64,000 nt of DNA from Candidatus Moraniibacteriota bacterium (GTDB lineage: Bacteria; Patescibacteriota; Minisyncoccia; Moranbacterales; GCA-2747515). Made by a program: the position numbers and the translations under genes. Positions 40,276 through 49,822 of this stretch are shown piece after piece; the first letter of the stretch is position 1; each line of letters opens with the position of its first letter. The DNA lies in the NCBI GenBank assembly GCA_038208115.1, contig JBBQZC010000003.1, positions 2,984 to 66,983 on the forward strand, written 5' to 3'. Below the pieces are notes generated by a model. That model was given only the letters and a program-made list of their open reading frames with translations, ran no database searches and was not told where the DNA came from.

Positions 40276-41484
40276 TTGCGTATCAAACGCCTCAAAAAAC
40301 TCCATTTTTTATTGATCACGTTGATTGATAAAATTCAAAACCTCTTTTATACAATCGAAAGATTTGTAATCGTTTTTTTTCGAAAAAAATCTTTTTATGG
40401 ATTAAGCAAATACATTAGACAAAATGGTAGCTTAACAGTATTAGTAAGTATAGGCACGATGATTATTGTTGGAAATATTTCAGCAAAAAGTAACGATGAT
40501 TCTTTTCTCATTGGCCACTGGAAATCTCAAAAAATACAAAAAGTTTTAACTTATAGGGATGACAAAAGCATTATTCTTGACGGTTATTTTATTAACGATT
40601 CAACGTCTGAAATTGCTTCTTCGGAAGAAAAAAGAAGTGCAGGTGCAAGTAATCAGCTTGGTATGTTGGCAAATGCAGATGAAGAGTTGCTCGGTGACAC
40701 TATAGCCATACCACCTAGACGAGATGGTGCTAGTGATCCGAGCAATGAGGGCGATGTTATCCTTTACACGGTTCAAGATGGAGACACATTTAGCACGATT
40801 GCGCAGAAACACAATATCACTACTTCGACATTATTTTGGGCTAATGAAATAGAAAATATTGACGATATCAAGCCAGGAGATACAATTTTTATTTTACCTG
40901 AGTCTGGTTTAAAGCATAAAATTAAATCTGGAGAAACAATAGAAAAGCTTGCAAAGGAATATAACGTAAATGAAAGCGAGATTATTTCTTACAACACACT
41001 TCCTGCAAATGGTGAACTGACAATTGATGCAGAAATATTTATACCTGGTGCTCAAAAGGAAATACCCAAGCCAAAACCAGATCCGCTCTTTGCTCCGCGA
41101 GATTATGTAGCCACTGGTAGTGGCAGCACAAATCTCGGAAGTTCTATTGTGAAAAATAATGCCAAGGCACGTCGTGCAGGAAATAGTTTTCCTTATGGGT
41201 ACTGTACGTATTATGTTGCAAATAAAAGATCTGTCGCATGGCGAGGTAATGCTGGTGCGTGGCTATATAATGCAAAATCAGCTGGCTATGCAACTGGCAA
41301 AAAACCGCAAGCAGGAGCAATCGTTGTTACAACAGAGGACGCAAGATATGGCCACGTTGCTTACGTGGAGTCAGTTGGTGATGGTATTATTACCATATCA
41401 GAAATGAATTATAAAGGATGGGGTGTAGTTAACACACGCACATTAAGTCAAAATGCACGTGTGATCCGTGGATACATTTATTAA
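40276..41484 (+). CDS. LysM-repeat plus CHAP-domain peptidoglycan hydrolase
   Basis: Two LysM motifs (YTVQDGDTFSTIAQKHNI, HKIKSGETIEKLAKEYNV); C-terminal CHAP with Cys (GYCTYYV) and His (YGHVAYV). Start uncertain. Confidence 0.7.
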   Translation: MRIKRLKKLHFLLITLIDKIQNLFYTIERFVIVFFRKKSFYGLSKYIRQNGSLTVLVSIGTMIIVGNISAKSNDDSFLIGHWKSQKIQKVLTYRDDKSIILDGYFINDSTSEIASSEEKRSAGASNQLGMLANADEELLGDTIAIPPRRDGASDPSNEGDVILYTVQDGDTFSTIAQKHNITTSTLFWANEIENIDDIKPGDTIFILPESGLKHKIKSGETIEKLAKEYNVNESEIISYNTLPANGELTIDAEIFIPGAQKEIPKPKPDPLFAPRDYVATGSGSTNLGSSIVKNNAKARRAGNSFPYGYCTYYVANKRSVAWRGNAGAWLYNAKSAGYATGKKPQAGAIVVTTEDARYGHVAYVESVGDGIITISEMNYKGWGVVNTRTLSQNARVIRGYIY

Positions 41485-41681
41485 TGACTCACTTTGGGTC
41501 AATTGCACCATAATAGTAATGATTACTGTCTATTGTGCTATTGACGAAAAGGGTAATATACCTTATGATAATGAAAGGTTTTAACAGGGGCGCAGTATGA
41601 CTGCCATGCAGGCATTTTTTGATGTTTTGAATGTATCCATGTTTGAATTCCCACATTTATCTATTATTTAATTACATTACT

Positions 41682-42122
41682 ATGCGAAATGAAGTCATAG
41701 AATTCAACAAGACACAGCGCCACGACGAAGTCGATCTTCGCGCTGGTGATGTTGTAAGAGTCTATCGAAAAATCAAAGAAGGAGAAAAAGAGCGTATACA
41801 GATCTTTGAAGGAATGATTATTGCGATCAAGGGACGACAAAGTAGTTCTCAAATGGTAACTGTCCGTAAAGTATCCAATGGCGTCGGCGTTGAAATAGTT
41901 GTGCCAATTTTTTCTCCAAATATCGACAAAATCGAATTGGTAAAACGTGCAAAAGTACGCAAATCAAAGCTCTATTATGTACGCGACAAAGCATCTAAGG
42001 CATTACGATTTAAATATACTGATGCTGATAAAATTGTAAAGAAAGAAAAGCCAGTAGAAAAAGTAGAAATTATAGAAGCTGTCGAAGAAACCCCTGAAGA
42101 AGTCGTGGAAACAAAAAAATAA
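41682..42122 (+). CDS. rplS: 50S ribosomal protein L19 with an acidic C-terminal extension
   Basis: L19 signature (GDVVRVYRKIKEGEKERIQIFEGMIIA...VRKVS.GVGVE). Confidence 0.8.
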   Translation: MRNEVIEFNKTQRHDEVDLRAGDVVRVYRKIKEGEKERIQIFEGMIIAIKGRQSSSQMVTVRKVSNGVGVEIVVPIFSPNIDKIELVKRAKVRKSKLYYVRDKASKALRFKYTDADKIVKKEKPVEKVEIIEAVEETPEEVVETKK

Positions 42123-42166
42123 TTAGGAATGGATCATATCATTTGTATAAAAACAGTGATATGTAT

Positions 42167-42250
42167 GCCCAGGTGGCGGAATTGGTATACGCACTAGGTT
42201 GAGGGCCTAGACTCCTCTGGGGTGTGCGGGTTCAAGTCCCGCCCTGGGCA
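42167..42250 (+). tRNA. tRNA-Leu (anticodon GAG)
   Basis: Acceptor GCCCAGG/CCTGGGC, anticodon loop TTGAGGG, long variable arm, T-arm GCGGG-TTCAAGT-CCCGC. Confidence 0.7.
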
Positions 42251-42299
42251 CAAGTGAACTATTGGAATGATCTAATAAATGTAGTATAGTATAAAATAT

Positions 42300-42373
42300 G
42301 CACGCTTAGCTCAGCTGGTTAGAGCATCTCGTTTACACCGAGAGGGTCGGGGGTTCGAATCCCTCAGCGTGCA
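42300..42373 (+). tRNA. tRNA-Val (anticodon TAC)
   Basis: Acceptor GCACGCT/AGCGTGC, D-loop AGCTGGTTAGAGC, anticodon loop TTTACAC. Confidence 0.7.
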
Positions 42374-42402
42374 CATCATCTTTGATATAAACATAAAGAT
42401 GG

Positions 42403-42474
42403 GCCGAGGTAGCTCAGTGGTAGAGCAAAGGACTGAAAATCCTTGTGTCGAGAGTCCGATTCTCTCCCTCGGCA
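42403..42474 (+). tRNA. tRNA-Phe (anticodon GAA)
   Basis: Acceptor GCCGAGG/CCTCGGC, anticodon loop CTGAAAA. Confidence 0.7.
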
Positions 42475-42485
42475 CATATGATTGA

Positions 42486-42557
42486 GGGACTATAGCTCAG
42501 CGGTAGAGCGCGCGGCTCATAACCGCTTGGTCGCAGGTTCGAACCCTGCTAGTCCCA
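42486..42557 (+). tRNA. tRNA with CAT anticodon (elongator Met or lysidine-modified Ile2; G1-C72 is paired, so not the initiator)
   Basis: Acceptor GGGACTA/TAGTCCC, anticodon loop CTCATAA. Confidence 0.65.
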
Positions 42558-42657
42558 CTGATTGTAGTAATATGTAAAGTTAAAAGGACAAAGTTTATAA
42601 AAATAACCCAACAACTACACTTTATAAGCTTTCATCTTTACAAATTTTACATAGACT

Positions 42658-42733
42658 GCGAGTGTCGTATAGTGGTTATTACACCACCTTGCCAAGGTAG
42701 AAATGGCGGTTCGATTCCGCTCACTCGCTCCAA
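42658..42733 (+). tRNA. tRNA-Gly (anticodon GCC), CCA encoded
   Basis: Acceptor GCGAGTG/CACTCGC, anticodon loop TTGCCAA, T-loop TTCGATT, 3' TCCA. Confidence 0.65.
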
Positions 42734-42740
42734 GAAATTT

Positions 42741-42770
42741 AAAACCCTTTACAAAAAGGGTTTTAAATTT
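42741..42770 (+). terminator. rho-independent terminator after the tRNA cluster
   Basis: AAAACCCTTTACAAAAAGGGTTTT. Confidence 0.6.
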
Positions 42771-42782
42771 GTTTTGAATTTT

Positions 42783-42934
42783 GGGTAAGCAGAATCGAAC
42801 AAGGAAAGGGGTCGGGAAAAACTAGGTTTTCCCGTGGCGGAAGTATTGAAACCTCTGGGTTTCAAAGAGCGAAGCGAGTGAGACTTTCTGCTTACCCGCT
42901 CAGGTAAAACAAGCTTTGTTTGAAGCTTGTTTTT
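42783..42934 (+). ncRNA. candidate structured small RNA (closing helix, two internal hairpins, terminator)
   Basis: GGGTAAGCAG(A) at 42783 pairs with (T)CTGCTTACCC at 42888. Internal hairpins GGGAAAAAC...GTTTTCCC and GAAACC...GGTTTC; terminator AAAACAAGCTTTGTTTGAAGCTTGTTTTT. Confidence 0.3.
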
Positions 42935-42980
42935 GGTATTTAAGAGTGAGGTTAGAACTGTGATATACTAAAAGTATAAA

Positions 42981-44276
42981 TTGATAAAATATGTGAATAT
43001 GTTTGAACAAATGCCCATTCAAGAGAGCGTAGATAGAAAACAAAATAAATTAAAAAAAGAAATATCTTTTCCTCATGGAGAAAGTATTTTAAGATTATTT
43101 AGAGATAAATATAAGGATGAGTCAGAAAAGACGGAAATAATGGAAGATGTTCTCTATGAATTTTTTGAACAAGAATTGGCGAATATTGAAATTTATGAAT
43201 CGGAAAAATTTGGAGCATCATTTCCCTGGACAGTTATAAAAACAAAAGAATTGTTTAAAAGAATTGTTGAAAAAAATTCAAAGCAAAATGAATTAGAAAA
43301 AGAATCAGATAAATCGGCGGAAAGCGAAGATGTAGTAAAACAAGAATTTATTTTTAGCTCTGGTAGTATGGTGCAAAGCGGTTATCCTTTTACTTTTGTT
43401 GAGGAAGCAATGCATCAGGCAATAGTTTCCCTGAAGGGTGACCTGCTTGCTCTGCAAGAAGGAAGAGAAATAAAAGGACAAGAAATTTATACAATCGGCT
43501 TACCGACTAATGAACTCGGAAAGGTTACTTCTGAGTTTTCGGAAAGGTTAAAGTCAAATCCATTTGGCGTGATGGGTGAATTGCAAGCTGAATTTGTCCA
43601 GGCTCGTATTCCAAAAAATGAAGGTGGTGCGCAAAGATTAAATGTAAAGCTCTATGGTATTTCCACTGGAGCAAGTCTTGCAGCAGCAACAGGAGAGAAA
43701 TTATTGGCAGATGGAATTGTGTCTCAAGATATAGAAAATAAAGAAATAGGCATCCCTCGTCTTTCTGTTAGAATGGATTCGCCAGTTGGGTTGAGCGAAT
43801 CAACAATAAAAAACTGGCAAATACCATTGGGATATGTAGCTGAATTTGCATATCAAACATTCAAGGATCCCAAATTTAGGCTGGCTGATCCAAAATTCAT
43901 GAGTCAAGTTAAAGAAGTGTTAAGCAAAAGAGGAATAGAAAAAAACATGACAGATAGTGATAAACAAATGAAAACTGAATGTATTAGCGCAATTATTGGT
44001 AAATTGAAGAAAGGTGTCGAATTTGATAAAAGCCTTAAAGTTACTAAGGTTACAGGCATATTGGATCCTCTGACTTTTTTACTAAAAGAATACAAAGTTG
44101 AAAAAGAAAGGCAATCTGAAATAGTTGATGGCTTAGGTAAGAATATTTCTCCCAGATCCGAAGAAAATAGAAGAGAATTTATGATAAATCAAACACATAC
44201 GCCTGCTTTTTTTAGAGATAGTGAGCTGAAAAGATACTATGAAACAGCAAGTCTCGTGCAGGAATTAAGAAAATAA
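42981..44276 (+). CDS. hypothetical protein (431 aa), no recognisable domain
   Basis: Long ORF directly after the tRNA cluster; no motif identified. Confidence 0.5.
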   Translation: MIKYVNMFEQMPIQESVDRKQNKLKKEISFPHGESILRLFRDKYKDESEKTEIMEDVLYEFFEQELANIEIYESEKFGASFPWTVIKTKELFKRIVEKNSKQNELEKESDKSAESEDVVKQEFIFSSGSMVQSGYPFTFVEEAMHQAIVSLKGDLLALQEGREIKGQEIYTIGLPTNELGKVTSEFSERLKSNPFGVMGELQAEFVQARIPKNEGGAQRLNVKLYGISTGASLAAATGEKLLADGIVSQDIENKEIGIPRLSVRMDSPVGLSESTIKNWQIPLGYVAEFAYQTFKDPKFRLADPKFMSQVKEVLSKRGIEKNMTDSDKQMKTECISAIIGKLKKGVEFDKSLKVTKVTGILDPLTFLLKEYKVEKERQSEIVDGLGKNISPRSEENRREFMINQTHTPAFFRDSELKRYYETASLVQELRK

Positions 44277-44340
44277 ACTTAAGCAATCTCTTTATTCATA
44301 AATCCAGTTCTAACTGCATGTACTAGCCAGCTCCAATTTA

Positions 44341-44367
44341 AAAACCCCTGATTTATTCAGGGGTTTT
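44341..44367 (+). terminator. rho-independent terminator
   Basis: AAAACCCCTGATTTATTCAGGGGTTTT. Confidence 0.65.
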
Positions 44368-44531
44368 AACATTCCATTAGAGGAGACAGACTTTAACCAG
44401 AAAATTTGGGTTAAATATTCTCATCGACGCGATTATTCAAATCACGCGACTTAAAATGGTAATTAAGGAAAATAGTGATGTTCCACTTACCCAATCACTA
44501 AGCTAAAAACTCTACATGGGACTAGCTTAAC

Positions 44532-45626
44532 TTGTATGGTAAAATTTACTTAAGAAGTCTCATTTTTAGTTGTATAAAAAAAGACATGTTAAATCCGTGG
44601 AAGTCTAAATGCAATATAGACAACTTAAACATTTTTTTATCCGCAAAAAGAAATGAATTATATCATGTTAGTGATAATGTAAAGCGTGGTTATTTATACA
44701 GAATAGAAGATTTTAAGGACGGCGTTTTTATATATCTATGGTTGGCAAGTAGTGGCTGTACCTGGGCAAAATCAGGTTATTGTTCATTTTGTTATTATGA
44801 CAACTTCGCTCCTTTGTCAGAAAATGAAATAAATATTAATTGCAAAAAAGCAATACATGAAATAAAGTCATTAAACTTAAAAATCAATAGTATTTTTGTG
44901 TCGCCTTCAGGTTCTTTTTATAATTCTGCTGAATTATCCGAAAACAACAGAAAATGTATCTATGAATGCGTGAATGAATTAGATGCTAAAATGTTTCTTT
45001 TTGAAACGAGAGTGGAAACAATTAGTCCAGAATTATTAAAAGAAACAAAAATCTGTATCAAAAACAAACAAATTGAGGTTTCTATTGGCCTGGAATCATC
45101 CAATGATTACGTAAGAAATATTTTATATAACAAAGGACTAAATATAAAAAATTTTGAAAAAGCCATTAAAATGATAACTGAGGCGCATTTATTTTGCTCT
45201 GTCAATTTACTATTTGGTGCACCATTTTTATCCAAAGAAGACAGAATAATTGATATACTGAATAGCGTCAGGTATGTTTTATCTTATAATATTTGTACTC
45301 CAATAATTTTTCCAATCCATATCAGAAAAACTACAGGAATCAGAGCATTATATGAGGATGGCTTATTTGAGCCAGTCACTGTATGGGATTTTGTAGATAT
45401 GCTAAATAATTTTTCCGACGAGGAGCTTGGACAAATTATCATCTCGTGGCATAAAGTTTACAGCAAAAACAGTGAAATAAATGCGGATATTGTAGATAGT
45501 TTTAGGACCTGTAATAAATGCTATGGAACAGTGTTATATAATTTGGATCAATTTAGAACATTTTCAAATCCTAAATACATTAGAGATCTAAATAATATAC
45601 GATGTGAGTGTAGAGCTATCTTATAA
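44532..45626 (+). CDS. radical-SAM-like protein, YhcC/TIGR01212-like, with an atypical Cx7Cx2C cluster
   Basis: SSGCTWAKSGYCSFC resembles the G-C-x-F-C cluster of YhcC-type radical SAM proteins; it is followed by a GLES-type motif (SIGLESSNDYVRNIL). Assignment is from memory of the family. Confidence 0.45.
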   Translation: MYGKIYLRSLIFSCIKKDMLNPWKSKCNIDNLNIFLSAKRNELYHVSDNVKRGYLYRIEDFKDGVFIYLWLASSGCTWAKSGYCSFCYYDNFAPLSENEININCKKAIHEIKSLNLKINSIFVSPSGSFYNSAELSENNRKCIYECVNELDAKMFLFETRVETISPELLKETKICIKNKQIEVSIGLESSNDYVRNILYNKGLNIKNFEKAIKMITEAHLFCSVNLLFGAPFLSKEDRIIDILNSVRYVLSYNICTPIIFPIHIRKTTGIRALYEDGLFEPVTVWDFVDMLNNFSDEELGQIIISWHKVYSKNSEINADIVDSFRTCNKCYGTVLYNLDQFRTFSNPKYIRDLNNIRCECRAIL

Positions 45627-45737
45627 AATATCACTTATATGTAAAATATCTATTCTCATCTTCATTAAATATACACGTCAAATCAATAAAAACAGTCATC
45701 ATTGACTGTTTTTTTGCTATGAATTTATCATATTTTG

Positions 45738-46130
45738 TTATATACAACACTTAAAGCACTTACATCCATCTTTTTGTATCAAATCTTGAACATACTCAAT
45801 ACCATAGTCATACGTAAATTCCTCACCCTTTGTGATATCACGTATAGCATAGATCATAATGTGCTCATCATCTTCGATCACAGCCTCACAATTTGGATCA
45901 CAGGCGTGATTAATATAGCGAGCTGTATGGTTTCTCCCCTTACCATCCAGAACGGTCTCTGCGTTCAATATAAAAAGATATCGACCTCCGCGACGATCTG
46001 CCTCATCGTGCGTAATAGATTCACCGGTATATTCTATTACATGATTGCCTTTTGTGATATTTTGTTCGGCAAATAAACCCAGTCCTGCTGATGAACGCTT
46101 TATTGTATATTTTTTTGCACGTATGTCCAT
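45738..46130 (-). CDS. SET-domain protein (130 aa)
   Basis: RYINHACDPNC and EEFTYDY SET motifs; C-terminal post-SET CKCFKCC. Confidence 0.7.
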   Translation of the reverse strand: MDIRAKKYTIKRSSAGLGLFAEQNITKGNHVIEYTGESITHDEADRRGGRYLFILNAETVLDGKGRNHTARYINHACDPNCEAVIEDDEHIMIYAIRDITKGEEFTYDYGIEYVQDLIQKDGCKCFKCCI

Positions 46131-46283
46131 TTTCTTTATAAATACGCATTAATTAACAATTTTTTGTATATCATTGTTGTACAAAGATGAATGATAAATA
46201 CAGATTTTTTATATGAGATATGATGTGCACAATCTGATGTTTATATGATTTTACATTCACTTTTATCAGGAGTTTTCTGTTTT

Positions 46284-47249
46284 TTAGACAATAAACTTCT
46301 GAAGATGTTTCACAAAAGCCTTAAATCTGCCCGGATAATCAACCTCATACTTATAAACCTGTCCTTCATATGGTATTTCAATTTCTTTTGCATGAAGAAA
46401 AAATGTGTGTGTTTCATACTCCTTGGCAAAATTTAACCTCAATCGTTTTTCCGTCTTGGTATAGTAGCGCTGATCACCAACGAGAGGATGCCCGATATGA
46501 GCCATGTGTACGCGAATTTGATGTGTGCGACCGGTTTGCGGTCGTGCTTCAACTAGAGAAATGGTGTTTTCACCATTTATATCATATTCTTCCAATTGCG
46601 TATATTCTGTCTGCGCTTCCTTGGAATCACCCGTATATTTCCCAAAAGCGATTTTTTGTTTTGTGTACGACGTCGCACGAGCAATTGGTGCGTCTATTAC
46701 GCCGGTTTTTTCTTCAAATGCGCCAAAAACAAGCGTGTGATAGGTTTTTTTGACTTTTCTATCTTGAAAAGCTTTCTTAAGTATATCAAAACCTTTTTGA
46801 TTTTTAGCAACCACCATAAGACCTGTTGTATCCTTATCCAACCGATGTACAATACCTGGACGCTCTTCATCATCTCCCACACCCTCTATCTCAGGATACA
46901 TTGCCAAAAGCACATTGACGAGTGTTTTATCTCTTTCTCTGTGGCTCGGATGGACCTGTAACCCTCTTTGCTTATTGATTACGATAAAATCAGGTTGATG
47001 ATCAATAATTTCTAGCGATATATTGCGATTAGGGAGAATTTTCTTGGATTTATCTACAAATTCCCCCATAAATACATGCTCACCTCCTTTTAATGTATAG
47101 CTGGGTTTGGCAGTTTTGCCATTAATTTCTACAACACCTGACCTGATCATACGTATTATGTCTCCCCGCGTTTTATCTTCTCCAAGAGATTCTACGAGAT
47201 ATTTATCTATTCTTTTTCCTTTTTCTTCGTCTGCGATGATAAATTCCAT
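46284..47249 (-). CDS. rluD: RluA/RluD-family 23S rRNA pseudouridine synthase with an N-terminal S4 domain
   Basis: Catalytic motif HRLDKDTTGLMVVAKN; S4-like N-terminus; start taken at the internal Met (MEFIIADEE). Confidence 0.8.
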   Translation of the reverse strand: MEFIIADEEKGKRIDKYLVESLGEDKTRGDIIRMIRSGVVEINGKTAKPSYTLKGGEHVFMGEFVDKSKKILPNRNISLEIIDHQPDFIVINKQRGLQVHPSHRERDKTLVNVLLAMYPEIEGVGDDEERPGIVHRLDKDTTGLMVVAKNQKGFDILKKAFQDRKVKKTYHTLVFGAFEEKTGVIDAPIARATSYTKQKIAFGKYTGDSKEAQTEYTQLEEYDINGENTISLVEARPQTGRTHQIRVHMAHIGHPLVGDQRYYTKTEKRLRLNFAKEYETHTFFLHAKEIEIPYEGQVYKYEVDYPGRFKAFVKHLQKFIV

Positions 47250-47439
47250 ATGGGTAACAATATAATATTTAAGGTAAATTCTATCATACACCATTTTAAC
47301 AAATAACTCAACTATTCACTATAAAATAATTATAACGACCACAATTTATAATATAAATAAATGTGAATAATTATTCACCTATTATGCACAATTATCTATT
47401 TCGTCTTTAAATCTGTGTATAACTTGTGTAAAGCGTGTA

Positions 47440-47670
47440 TAATTACTTGTGGATATTACTGTATAATTTCGTGGATAAAAAATCTCTTTTGTGGATAAGT
47501 ATCTCACTTTATACCTCAAAAAAGTTATCCACATTCACACGCACATATACACATAGTTACCCACAGTCACTATTTTCATCTCTATAAAAAGGTTTTCAGG
47601 AATATCCACTTATACATATACTAATAGTAATAATTAATTATATAAATATAATATAATATAAATAGACTAC
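47440..47670. promoter_or_regulatory. DnaA-box cluster plus AT-rich unwinding-element-like tract (candidate oriC or DnaA-regulated region)
   Basis: Perfect boxes TGTGGATAA (47490-47498) and TTATCCACA (47525-47533). Near-matches TGTGGATAT (47449), CGTGGATAA (47470), TTACCCACA (47557). Then TAATTAATTATATAAATATAATATAATATAAATAG. Confidence 0.55.
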
Positions 47671-47812
47671 AAATTCATCTACATTCAGATATCAAAGCAT
47701 CAAATAAATACTTTCAAAACAATTTGTAAATAGTAAATTCATAAATAGAATTATTTTTTGTCTTTCTTACAAATTATGATATAATGCATTTGTTAAATTT
47801 GTATACAAAAAA

Positions 47813-49804
47813 GTGTTCAAAAAAAATATACATAAAAATTGTTATAGAATACTCGTTTTTAGTTTTTTCCTTTTTTCTTTTATTCAAATAAATTTTTTAG
47901 TAAATAATGATTTTGTGAATTATTGCTATGCTGTAAATCCAGAACCGAAAACTGAAAATTTAAACGAAGGTGCAAATGTTGAAATAAGTGGTAATCCATT
48001 TTTTCAAGTAGTTGCAGGTATTTTAATAGGTATAATAAGATTATTTGCTATTTTTATTACAACTGGTGTTGCATTGATTCAATTAACCTTGAAACCGGAA
48101 TTTCAAACAATTATAGCAAATGATGCTATATTAGCTGGATGGAAAACAGTGCGAGATATCTTGAATATATTTTTTATATTTTTTCTCCTCTACTCCGCAT
48201 TTTGCACAGTATTTCAAATATCAAAATATCATATTAAAAGTACATGGGTGATGATTGTAGTGATGGCTCTTTTGGTGAATTTTTCATGGCCAGTTACACG
48301 GGTAATGATCGATGTATCAAATGTTGCGATGCAATATATTATTGGAGATAAAGGTATAGATACAAGTAATAGTCTTTTTGCTAAATTTGGTAAAGAATCA
48401 TCAGTACTACATCTTGTCATTTCAACAAGTGGGACTGATTCGAGTGATGAAAATATAGTTCAAATTAAAAATAAAGAAGGAGTTTTTACTAGTCTGCTTA
48501 TGGGAATTGTTGCGAGCGCATTATTTGCGTTTACGATTTTTGCTGTAGCATTTATGCTTGTGGTACGTGTTATTGCTTTGGCTATTTATCTTGTATTTGC
48601 ATCAGTAGGCTATACACTTGCAGCTTTTCCTGGGACATCATCTTATTCTAGTAAATGGTGGGATGGGTTTATGAAACAGTTGATAGTAGGTCCAATTCTC
48701 CTTTTTTCATTACTTTTAGCAGCTAATGTGCTTGATGCTTTAAAAAAATCCAGTTTTACAAGTGCTATGAGTGAGGCGGCAAAAGCAAATGGTGGAATGG
48801 CTAGTTTATTGCAATATTTAGTTGCGATTTTATTGATTTGGTCAAGTATTATTGCATCTCAAGAAGTAGGTGCACAGGGTTCGAGTATGGCTTTGGGTTT
48901 TGCACATAAAATGAGAGGAAAAGTTCAAGGAGTAGCAAAGGGTATTGGTAAAACTGCAGATTATGGAATGGCGAGAATGACGAATAGAATGGCGGGGTCA
49001 CAAAATAAGGGTGCGGCATTTATAGGAAAAGGCATGGGATTAGTGAGAAGTGTGCCAGATAGAGTAGGAAATATGAAGAAGGAATCAAAGGAAAACTATG
49101 CAAAAGCATTAGAAACATCCAAAGCACATGGATTAGCTATAGGTGGTGATAAACTAGGTGGAGATAAAAATGCTGTTAATGCAAATATAGGAAAGCAAAT
49201 TGAAGAAAAGAAGAAAAAATTAAAAGAAACACCGTTGAATACAGCAACAAATATTGAGGCAGAGGCAAAAGCACAGCTCCTTATTGATAAAAAAGATGGT
49301 ATTAAGGAAGATGATATTAAAAACCTCATCAAATCCCTTGATAGCCTTGATGAAGACACAAAGAAGGCTGCCTTAAAAAAAGCAGGAAATGAAGGTTATG
49401 GCCATCTCACAGCGGCATATGAAGCAAATAAAGAGCATGAAGCAGAAGTTAAAAGTGAAAATCAAAGAAGAAACTTCCATAGTATGAGTGCATTAACACC
49501 TGCTGAAATACAAACAATGCGTGAAAATAAGATGAATGAGAAAATGAAATCTACATATGAAAATATGGACGGCAAAACAATGGCAAAACAAAAAATATTT
49601 ACTACTTATAAGAAATCTAATATTAGTTCACCTGATCATGATGCGACGGAACGTGCATATGTAGTAGCAGACGAGCATATTAAACGTACACTAAGAGGAA
49701 GAAACTTATTAGATTTTAATTCTGCTGCAGGAGCAGCAAATAGAAATAATGATATAAGAGAAGCTGCTAATAACTATAGCTTACTACATGGAGGGACGCC
49801 TTAA
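47813..49804 (+). CDS. polytopic membrane protein, VirB6/TrbL-like (putative T4SS inner-membrane component) with a long hydrophilic C-terminal tail
   Basis: At least 6 TM segments in the first roughly 350 aa, then a Lys/Glu-rich coiled tail; sits in a cluster with a VirB4 ATPase. Confidence 0.45.
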   Translation: MFKKNIHKNCYRILVFSFFLFSFIQINFLVNNDFVNYCYAVNPEPKTENLNEGANVEISGNPFFQVVAGILIGIIRLFAIFITTGVALIQLTLKPEFQTIIANDAILAGWKTVRDILNIFFIFFLLYSAFCTVFQISKYHIKSTWVMIVVMALLVNFSWPVTRVMIDVSNVAMQYIIGDKGIDTSNSLFAKFGKESSVLHLVISTSGTDSSDENIVQIKNKEGVFTSLLMGIVASALFAFTIFAVAFMLVVRVIALAIYLVFASVGYTLAAFPGTSSYSSKWWDGFMKQLIVGPILLFSLLLAANVLDALKKSSFTSAMSEAAKANGGMASLLQYLVAILLIWSSIIASQEVGAQGSSMALGFAHKMRGKVQGVAKGIGKTADYGMARMTNRMAGSQNKGAAFIGKGMGLVRSVPDRVGNMKKESKENYAKALETSKAHGLAIGGDKLGGDKNAVNANIGKQIEEKKKKLKETPLNTATNIEAEAKAQLLIDKKDGIKEDDIKNLIKSLDSLDEDTKKAALKKAGNEGYGHLTAAYEANKEHEAEVKSENQRRNFHSMSALTPAEIQTMRENKMNEKMKSTYENMDGKTMAKQKIFTTYKKSNISSPDHDATERAYVVADEHIKRTLRGRNLLDFNSAAGAANRNNDIREAANNYSLLHGGTP

Positions 49805-49822
49805 AATATGATCTATTAATAT

